DNA of 64,000 nt from Eledone cirrhosa (lineage: Eukaryota): NCBI GenBank assembly GCA_964016885.1, contig OZ024740.1, forward strand, positions 221,340,001 to 221,404,000, written 5' to 3'. How positions within the stretch are numbered: the first letter of the stretch is position 1; every line of letters starts with the position of its first letter. The position numbers and the translations under genes were made by a program. The notes under the pieces were generated by a model, which was not told the origin of the DNA, made no database searches, and saw only the letters and a list, made by a program, of their open reading frames with translations. Positions 54,463 through 64,000 of this stretch are shown piece by piece.

Positions 54463-55104
54463 CACACACATAGGTTGCCGCGTATTAAATATGTATATAT
54501 ATATTTATTTACGTGTGCACGAACATATGAAAGAGTGTGTGCGTATGTATATTCATACATACATAGATACGCTGTTGGGATTTGTGTTTAGGAAAACTCA
54601 TGGGATATATTTTATTGAAATTTCTTGTTAGTAACTTCTATATTCACTTTAAATCTGATACCTTTTGCTTTTTGTTTCAAATCTTCTGACAAAACCAAAT
54701 ATTCTTATTTACTCTATTCTCATAGATATATATTTTATTCTAATATATTATAGATGTTGCAGGCGCCTTATTGCCGACGTTACATCTTTTGGATCCGAGG
54801 TCACGACCCTATTTTGATTCCCCATTGATTCCCCTTGTTGAAATATGTTACTAATGCTCTTGGGAAAAAAATTTGAATATATGAACTTTTTATTTTCTCT
54901 CTAGAGCTTCTTACCTACTGTCTAATCTAAACAATAGCCTGCACAAAATATATATTTTCGAATGCATCATCCCATCATATAACATATAATTATTATAGCT
55001 ATCTATGCCTGGACTCATTGTCAAGGCCACAATTGACATATTGCAAACAGTTCGAAATAGTAAAGCAACTGATAAATTTATTTATTATTATTAAGATATC
55101 ACGT

Positions 55105-55322
55105 CAGGTTACGTTCTGAGTTTAAATCCCGCCGAGGATATCTTTGCCTTCCATCTTTATGGGGTCGATAAAATAAAGTACCAGTAATGCACTGGCCTCA
55201 ATGTAATCGACTTTCCCCTTCCCTTCAAATTTCTGGCATTATGCCTGAAGTAGAAACAATTATTATTAAGATAGTCACATCAGTTTACGTTCTGAGTTCA
55301 AATCCTGCCGAAGTTATCTTTG
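55105..55322 (+). mobile_element. Partial SINE family A copies
   Basis: ttctgagtttaaatcccgccgagg...ggggtcgataaaataaagtaccag. Confidence 0.75.
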
Positions 55323-55329
55323 TCGTAAG

Positions 55330-55791
55330 AGAAGGCGAGTCTTCTGTATAACTGCATAGTGCCAAATATCTCGATCCAGTGACATTGTCTTAGATAGATG
55401 TAAGTGAGCAAGGTCAGTTTTTATCACTTCGTTCCAGTTTTTTTTTTGGTCTACCCACTCCGTAGCTTCCACAAATTTTGATCGCTCTGCACCTTTTTAT
55501 ACAGCTGTTGTCCTTAATACGCATCACATTGCCATACCAACGCAATCTCCTCTCCTGCACACAACATTTGTTACCTCTTATGCTTAGTCTCTCTCTCAAT
55601 TCGTTTATACTTTGCCGTTCGCATACATTACTATTACACATCCATCGGAGCATGCAAGCTTTGTTTATTTCTAATCTACGCAAGTTTTCTGCACACAACG
55701 CCCAGGTCTCACTACCATGTAACATTGCCGTTCGTATGCAAGCATCATACAATCTACCTTTCATTTTTAGAGAAAAACCTTTTGTGGCCAA
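55330..55791 (-). mobile_element. RTE-type LINE C-terminal fragment
   Basis: KGRLYDACIRTAMLHGSETWAL...MLRWMC...ELRERL...QERRLRWYGNVMR...GRPKK. Confidence 0.9.
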
Positions 55792-56600
55792 CGAGAAAAA
55801 AATAATAATAAAAGGAGTCGCTAGAAATAATAGTCAAATCACTCTGAAATTATGCCCGTTTGTTTTACAAAAGTAGGACATATGATAAAGTAGTTTTGGA
55901 GCTGTATACCAATATGGTGCCCCAACGCTTTCATCGCGAGTCACGGGACCATAGCATACACATCTGATATTACTTTTACAATCAGGAAACAATTTAAACC
56001 CATTTGAACATGGGAGCCTAAATAAAAAGAGCAGAAGCTTATCTGAACAGATCTGTAAGATTTTGTAACATAATTCATGGAAAGCGCTCACATTAAAACA
56101 TCCATCTATTAAACAGAGACGTGGCAGAAAAATCCAATTTATTCTGAACGAAAATTGCTACCATCTGATTAGTTATCTCTGAGTGGTACTATTTAATAAC
56201 ACAGGTTGGTGCGTGTTAGTTCGACTGTAAGCTCTCCTACTGTTATAGGCTTTACAGTTGCTTCGTTGGGGGGGGGGGGGGGGGGGAAACAAAGTGGTTT
56301 CAGCAGAGAGGTAGGTGACAGGAAGGGAAGGAGTTGGCAAGTATTAATTTTCCTTTGTAACCAAATTATATGTTAGTACGGTGTGAGGTCTATTATAACT
56401 ATACAACTGTTTGCTTTTTGATTGCAATACAGCAAATCGTTGCATTATAAAAATATAATTATTTTGCACTTAATCCTCAACACCAGCATACACCCCCACC
56501 ACCCACATACACACATACACGTATATATATATACTGGGGTCGAGGTGTATAAGTATATACATACATATTTATATATATAATATATATATATAATTATATA

Positions 56601-56635
<35 letters not shown>

Positions 56636-58151
56636 ATACACATAAAAATATGCGTGTATGCTTATGTGTATGGTGTGCGTTCGTGTGTGTGCGCATATAT
56701 GTATACATATATGGGGCAAAGAACACCATGTATATGTATAAACGTGTTTTTTAGTGCTATGTGTATACGACGGAATACACACATATACGACATACATTAC
56801 ATACGACGTACATTTTTTCTTTACCATATTATACTAATAAATGAAAATCATATACATTTTTCATTCAGATATCAGAAACATATTTATCTATACCTTACAT
56901 TATTATATTAGATATCAATCCAAAACAGAATGCGCCACAGAATGATTTCCATGGAAAACCTTACTGGGATTCTTTGTATAACAACCACTTATTCATCCAG
57001 TATATATTCTATTGTAAAACATCTATATTATAGATGTAATGGCGCTATTGTAATATATTTTGAAATCCCTAATTTTTCACCCATTTTATTTCCTCTATTT
57101 GAATAGCTAATGATTCCAATTTCCTCTAATAACATTTGTCCTATTAAGCTATTTCCTATCTTTCGGTTTTGTGATTTATACAGGATACGAAGATAACAAA
57201 GAAAATAATGAAGTCCTAATAGACACAAAGAATGATCTGGAATGCTTGCTTTATGAAAGAAAAATGTCAAATAAAGAAATATTTATTTAGGTGGTTAGTT
57301 TTCTGGATTACAATATCGTATACTACATGAATAGACATTTATTCACTGTGACTAGACAATCAATAAAGATTAATAGTCATTGATAGCTACTTCGATTGAT
57401 CTCTATATAGAAATAAAGTTGTATTATAGAATGATGATGAGATAAATTCAACCATGTTGATAAATGCTCGATGAAGACCTAAGATGACACTGAACTTGAC
57501 ATAGTGCTTCAGTATACACTCTTTTATATTTTAATAAGTAGCCTTCAGCTACTGTCATCGGCATCTTTAGAGAAAGAGAAACGCTCGTCCCCAAAGAAGT
57601 ATAAAAAAAAGGGAAATTAGACGCTTTGATTCACTGCCGAAGCTGTTAAAAGGCCCCTATAAACTTACTTTCATAATCAAAAGAGATACGATAGGTCTGA
57701 ATGTACATGTATTCATTGTTTCGCGATAAATAGCTATTGTACAATCCTGATATTTTAACTAAATCCCATACAATTATCATACAAACCCGATATATTAACT
57801 GAAGCCTATATCTTCCATTTTCTAACTAAGCCAGTGTAGAACCAGCAGTGATTCACATAATTGGCCTAAAATGGTTGATGACACATTGATAAGATGAGAA
57901 GGAACTTCCAAACTTCAAAATGTGGTAAATCTATAAGAGGGCTCGACAAAGGATAGTGAAGGCACGCGGCCAGGTGATTAAGATGTTAGCCTCACGATTT
58001 TAATGTCGCACGCACGATCTTTGAACCAGGTGGCACATTGTGTTCTTGAGCACTCCAGTGAATTCAGTTGAACAATGACATCAACAGCAGCTGAAGGTTA
58101 ACTGGCGTCTTGTCCAGTGAGGAGTCTTGTACTCTCAGTTGCTTAACACCA

Positions 58152-58610
58152 ATACAACTTTATTCTTAGGTGAAGAAATTGTGTTTTATTTAATTGCAAA
58201 TATAATAGAAGTTCAGTTACACATATACACAGGTTAAGCATACAGAAATAGAAAGCAGTATTGGAAAGAACTATAAATGCTATAAATGAGAGGAAAAGGC
58301 AAAGAAGAACAAGGACTACTAGACGAATGAAGAAAGAAAGGGGGAAGGGGAGAGGGTGACAGACACTACATCTAGGTCAGAGCGGTGTTTCGGCTGCCCT
58401 CCGCGGACAAATTTGCAAAGGCATTTCCTCAGACAATGGCCAGCGACAACCGCTGTAACAGCCACCCCACCTAGAGGGGCTCCTTCCTCAGACGGGCTGC
58501 TATCGATCCGATTTTACGGGGGAGGTTAGCTGCCCGGGGTCCGGGGACTCATGAGGTCTCGATGGCGACCGGCACAAAGAAGAAGTGGCCAGACAACATC
58601 TACGAAAGCA
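58152..58610 (-). mobile_element. CRE-type non-LTR retrotransposon 3' end
   Basis: FFFVPVAIETS*VPGPRA...KIG...GWLLQRLSLAIV*GNA, followed by a pyrimidine-rich UTR and AATAAA. Confidence 0.8.
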
Positions 58611-59494
58611 CGTTTCTTAGACGTGTATGGCGAGACAGATGAAGAAAATGACCTTGCTGCGTACAAAAATTCACAATTATAAGTTAGATTAGCGTGAAAA
58701 ATAATGTGTTGATGCTTCTCATAAAGAAAGTAGTTTTACTCTATGTGAACTATTTATTACTGTTTGTCTAAAGAAGGCAACCAATTCTATATTGTACAAG
58801 TTTACTACTGGAGCATAATCGTGATTAAAATATTAGCGCATTATATTATATGTGTATATGTTGATGTTGATCATCCCGATTAAATATTCACTTGGGTAAT
58901 TCCAATATCTATTGATGGTATTTTTCGAGTGATGTTAATGTTTCTGACTCAATGATAAAGAAATTGAGCTGTTATTTATTTTTATTGATTGTAAAAATAA
59001 TTTCCGCTTGGGAATTTCTTCGAGTGATTAATAAAATATTCTATTGTTAACAATGATTTGATTTCGATTAGATTCACAATAGCATAACGTTTGTCTAAGA
59101 AATCCTTGTTTTCTGCTTCTTCCATTTTTCGAAATTCTCAAGAGATATCAAAGAGATTAAAAACAAAAACAAACAAAAAAAATATTGCAACTTACTGAGA
59201 CGCTTAACAAACATACTCGTAACTTTGAACCTTTTTATAATATGCAAATGTAGTTTATCACTAATCTCTATAAACAAACTCCCTGCAGTATGATTTAAAA
59301 TTGCAATGATTCCACATGTTATCTGAACATGTTTCTGATGTAAGACAGACATCAATAACTGAAATGCATATTAACAAGCAACACAATGCACAAAAATGTG
59401 AACATATTTTAAAACACAACAGGCCACAATAAATAAATTTAAAAATGGTGTAATTACCTATTTATTAATGTTCCTTCCTCTTAAAGAGTAAGAA

Positions 59495-59830
59495 GGGTAA
59501 AGACCCCCTTCAGTCAAGAACGAACATAGGAATTGCACCCAAAAAGTTTCCCTCCGAGACACAAGTCAGGTCAAGGTTGTTTATAGAAGACCACCAGTCA
59601 CCCGTGCATACCCATCTCCCCTCTCTCCACACAATTGATGTTATCCAAGAGAAAGGCAATGGACGATACAGCTTAGCATCACTGACGACGCAAGTCATTT
59701 CTACAGCTGAGTGAACTGGAACAATGTGAAATAAAGCGTCTTGCTCGAGGACACAATGCATCACCCGGTCTGCGAATCGAACTCACTACTGCAAGCCCAA
59801 CGCTCTCACCACTAAGCCATGTGCCTTCAC
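59495..59830 (-). mobile_element. tRNA-derived SINE family B
   Basis: Collinear with 9618-9962. Confidence 0.85.
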
Positions 59831-60292
59831 TCCCATCCCAAAATATGATGTATATAAGTATATCACCACCAATCTCACTAAACGTCCCACGAGTCTAGAT
59901 TTTCACTAACCGTCCTACTTTCTTAATACTCTTTCTAAAGCATCATGCTATTATGTTCTGCTATAAAAGAAACACATATAATGATGTACCCCCTCCCCGC
60001 CAGTTTTGACTATGAACATTCAGTTGGTTGATCAATTGAACATTTGATTTGTGAATTAACGTGTGAGTGATTGAGTATTCTACACTCAGCATGACACAGT
60101 ATGTGACAAAGCTGGATATTTGAATTATTGGTTTAATCCATTCGACAGGTTTCTACACATTTTCTCTCTACAAAATTTCACTCATAGTGGTTGGGACGAC
60201 CCTAGGCATTGTCAAAGATACCACGTAGTAGGATCGAACTCGAACCTGAAAATTGTGAAGCGAACTTCCTAATCAATGAGCCATGCCTATGT

Positions 60293-60515
60293 CCACTGCC
60301 ATCGTGCCACCTACGAGGCTGTGTCCCCATTAGTGCTTTGGAAACAACAAGCAGTCACTAATAACAGGGGGCGCAAGCTCTCCTACCCTGATGTCATCTT
60401 CAGAGATTCTGGTGTTGAAATCCAGGATTTGGCAACGGCACTAAACGACAGAGCCACGTGGGGATCAATTGTTGAGTCCATTTCGGCTGAGCCCGCCGGA
60501 TAATGATGATGATGT
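60293..60515 (+). mobile_element. RTE-type LINE 3' fragment with (GAT)n tail
   Basis: HCHRATYEAVSPLVLWK...RGRKLSYPDVI...DRATW. Confidence 0.7.
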
Positions 60516-61050
60516 CCATATAAGTATAATACACATAATAGTAGAGGTGATACAATAGCAACATTAACTAGAATAACTTTTTATCCAGATATATCTTTTT
60601 GATACAAACACTCATAGTTACCATAAGCACATGACAAATATTCCAGAAATTTTCCTTTCATCCCTTGTCCTTATTCCAGCAACACACTCACAAAACAGGG
60701 AACAAAACATAAATACTTTCAAAAACTTTACAAAACGCTACAGATAAATAAAATTACAGTTTCCAGAATTTAATAACGTCATAATCACGAACATAGAAAC
60801 ATTCAATTATAAACATTTTCAGAAAACATTCTACAAGGAAAGCGAAAGCACAGAAATTTGTCTGCAGAGCTAAAATAGCTAACCTGAAATAAATTAGGTA
60901 AAACATCAAACATGACATGTAGATATGACATACAACAGAAATCCCACCGGGATCATCTTTGCCTTTTAGCTTTTCAGGGCTGATAAAACATAGTCCAGAG
61001 CTGTGGATAAACAGAATTGTTAGTGTCAGATGAGTTGTCATGCTGCACAG

Positions 61051-61343
61051 CAGGCATGGGCAACCTTTTTCGAGAAGCGGGCCGCATGTGATATGTCTTA
61101 TCATCAGGCGGCCCGCAAGCGCTAATTTACATTCATGCCCACATTAAAATAAAAAGGGCGGTAGCTCAGGTTGTTTTGATTTGTTTCTTCAAAATTCGTA
61201 CACATTGTTTTCCTTGGTCGTAAAAATGATAGAAAGATAAATTACGGCTGAAAAGTTAGGGTAAAAAAATCAGAAAGATTTCACTTAGGTGACTAAGGCG
61301 AGCCATTCAGAAAGCTTCGCAGGCCGCAGGTTGCCCATGACTG
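61051..61343. mobile_element. hAT MITE
   Basis: TIR caggcatgggcaacc / ggttgcccatgactg. TSD ctgcacag / ctgtacag. Confidence 0.85.
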
Positions 61344-61849
61344 CTGTACAGTATATAATATAGGCGACAAATCAGTCCAGGAGCCCCTACCCTTTCCTCT
61401 CTTACTAAACAGTAAAAAAAAAAAAAAAATTGAATCTCAACATAAAGCAACTAAATAAGAATATAACTAAGACGGTAACAGGAACAATCAAAGATATTTG
61501 TTTCAACACACAACACAAATAGACAGTGTAATTAGCAACAACAATAATAACATAAACATACCGTGTATACCACACGGAAGTAAAAAATAGTAGAAATGAT
61601 CAACAAAACTTCTCAATTATTCTCATATCACAAAGAAGGGTAAGGGAAACAAAGTCTGATAAAATGAGCACTTACTGGCACCACATTTAACTAATACATA
61701 ATAGTGATGTATAAAGAATATATTAAGTACACAAATAATTATGTCCGTTCTGTCACGTCTAGCAACCTCTCCACAACTAGCCCACGTGATCACTCGTTCT
61801 ATTAGAAATAACATACCAAATCTCCCTGAAATCAAACCCTCATTCTCTT

Positions 61850-62475
61850 CCTCCTTCTCTTCGTCCTCCTCCACCACCTCCTCCTTCTTCTTCTTCTTCT
61901 TCTTCTTCTTGTCAGAAGCAACCGTTTCCAACTGTTCCGGCTGGATCCCCAAGCGAGACCAATCGAGCTCATGGATGTTATCCAACCATCTTGCTCGGGG
62001 TCTACCCATGGGCCTCCTGCCAGTTGGTTTTGCCTGTAGAATATGTCCAGAGATTTTTCTTGAGACATTATAACCACATGCCCGTAATATCGGAGCTGTG
62101 ATCTCTCAATTCGGAGAAGTAGCGGCTCTATCTGGAGCCACTTTTTGATCTCCGAGTAACGCATTCTATCGAGTTACGTCACTCCACAAACCCTTCGGAG
62201 AAACCCCATTTCGGCTGTTTGTATACGCGATCGTATTCTTTCGGTCATTACCCAATATTCATGACAATAGGTAAGGGTTGGCACGAAAACCGAATTGGAG
62301 ATAGCGAGTTTGGTTTTTATACCTACCTCTCTTCTACAGAAGCTGGCACATTACTGACCAGCTCCTATAATACTTGCACTTAATGCAGTTTTGTGCTTTC
62401 CATCACTCTTGAACACGGCCCCAAGATAATTGAACTTCTCCACCTGCTTCAGTGGAGCTCCACTCACATGTATCT
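61850..62475 (-). mobile_element. RTE-type LINE 3' fragment
   Basis: PLKQVEKFNYLG...EPLLLRIERSQLRYYGHV...GRPRARWLDNI, with (GAA)n tail. Confidence 0.88.
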
Positions 62476-62894
62476 TAAAGAAATAAAAAAAACAAACATA
62501 ATACATAAGATAACGCTCTGTTAGTTACGCTCTGTCTATATAAACAACAATAAGAAAAGCAACCACAACAGTTCAAAACTCTATGATAAATGCACATCAG
62601 CGATCTATTTAAATCTACTTTGCTGATTATAGAGTCGTCAGCACTAGAACCAACAGTCATACAGGAGAGAGAAGAATAGATATAAAAATCTTGCTTGTAT
62701 TGCCTCGCTGTATCATTTACAATAAACAATCAGGTGTAGATGTGCTTAGCATAATCCACGACATAGTGGTGAAATTTTCTATGTACAGCAAGTCTTCCTA
62801 ATGATTGTAGATTGTAATACATTTGTAAAAAAAAGAAAAAAAAAACTCTTTGCCTCTCCCCTCCTCGTTTGGTAAAAGAAATTTGTTGTATCAT

Positions 62895-63080
62895 TATGGC
62901 AGTATCGGTAGGGAGTCGGACGTCATGCTTTGACGCATAGAGTTACGGCCCTTTCCATTCTGAGTTCAAATCCCGCCAAGGTTAACTTTGCCTTTCATCC
63001 TTACATGGTCGATAAAATAAAGTACCAATAATACACTGTGATAATTGCTGGCCCTGTGCCAAAAAATAGAAACAATTATT
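62895..63080 (+). mobile_element. SINE family A
   Basis: TGGCAGTATCGG A box, GAGTTCAAATCC B box, family body. Confidence 0.85.
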
Positions 63081-63477
63081 AGATTTTTATATTTGTGTAT
63101 TTGGTTTTAAATGTATAATCACAAACTTGTACATTTTTTCAGTTAAACTTGTAAATATAACAAGCTAGAATATAGAATAAAATAAAAATTCTAAATTGTA
63201 GTCGCGACCCCATGAAATTATCTGTGACCCCCCCCCCCCCCACCTCCCGCATACACACACTAATCTAGAGAATTGAATCGGTAGAATTTTCTCAATCGTT
63301 CAAATGCCTCCTAACGAATTCTGTTGGATAAGGGTTGTCAACATGAATAATAACAGCGATACTAAATTAAATCACAGTATGTTGTTATGATATTATACCA
63401 CACAGTATGGTGTTACATTACCCCTTTCACACACAACACACACACTCACACACACACTCACACATTCACATACACAC

Positions 63478-63548
<71 letters not shown>

Positions 63549-63737
63549 GCTTAACAGGCTGACTTATCTCTGTATTACCCGTTGTTTCATACGTGTAGAC
63601 ACACCCAACTCCTTCAGGGTAATGGAGAGATAAGTCAAACTGTAATTATAAATACTCTCAACTCCCACATTAAAAGTTAATTACTCTTCTCTTTCGTTTG
63701 TCTCTACACCTATATATATATATATATATATACATAC

Positions 63738-64000
63738 ATGGTGGCTGCCAACTCGTTTTCGAGTACGGCCACTACTTTATATCCATGTAGGAGAACCCCT
63801 ACCGATGCGCTGAACGAGTGTGACTTTTTAGTCTAGCCAGCGACTTGAAAACTCTGGTACAAACACTACACTTGTGACAATTATTGAAACATAGTGCTGG
63901 GCCCATGGTACCATGTGACAACAAGTGCAGAGAGATCTCCAGATATAAAGCAATGCCTGTGCCGTGAAGCTTTTATAGTGAGCAAAGGCACTGCACAAAG
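63738..64000 (-). mobile_element. Second copy of the 11222-11828 element (runs off the window)
   Basis: Near-identical to 11222-11478. Confidence 0.9.

Overview
AT-rich animal DNA dominated by (TA)n/(CA)n/(TATG)n microsatellites and interspersed repeats, with one 200-N gap. The repeat content is typical of an octopus or other cephalopod genome (inference). No intact host gene is recognisable, and most six-frame ORFs are microsatellite translations. Recognisable elements: five truncated Penelope-like elements (RT and/or GIY-YIG), RTE- and CRE-type LINE fragments, two tRNA-derived SINE families, and hAT, piggyBac and Tc1/mariner MITEs. The main hidden signal is about 22 hammerhead-ribozyme (HHR) motifs found by manual reading, almost all in segments bounded by (TA)n tracts. 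They occur (i) in 3' regions and inverted terminal repeats of Penelope-like elements, (ii) in 0.3-1.2 kb fold-back palindromes, and (iii) in non-coding 560-620 nt units with terminal redundancy, resembling retrozymes or reverse-transcribed circular RNAs. Several carry recurrent non-canonical cores (UUGANAA, UUGAUGA, CCGAAGA, CUAAAGA). The most unusual observation is a repeat family present twice (15265-15336 minus, 53241-53313 plus). In it the three hammerhead strands occur in reversed cyclic order, which fits none of types I/II/III, and the stems covary between the copies. All RNA structures are manual predictions and untested.
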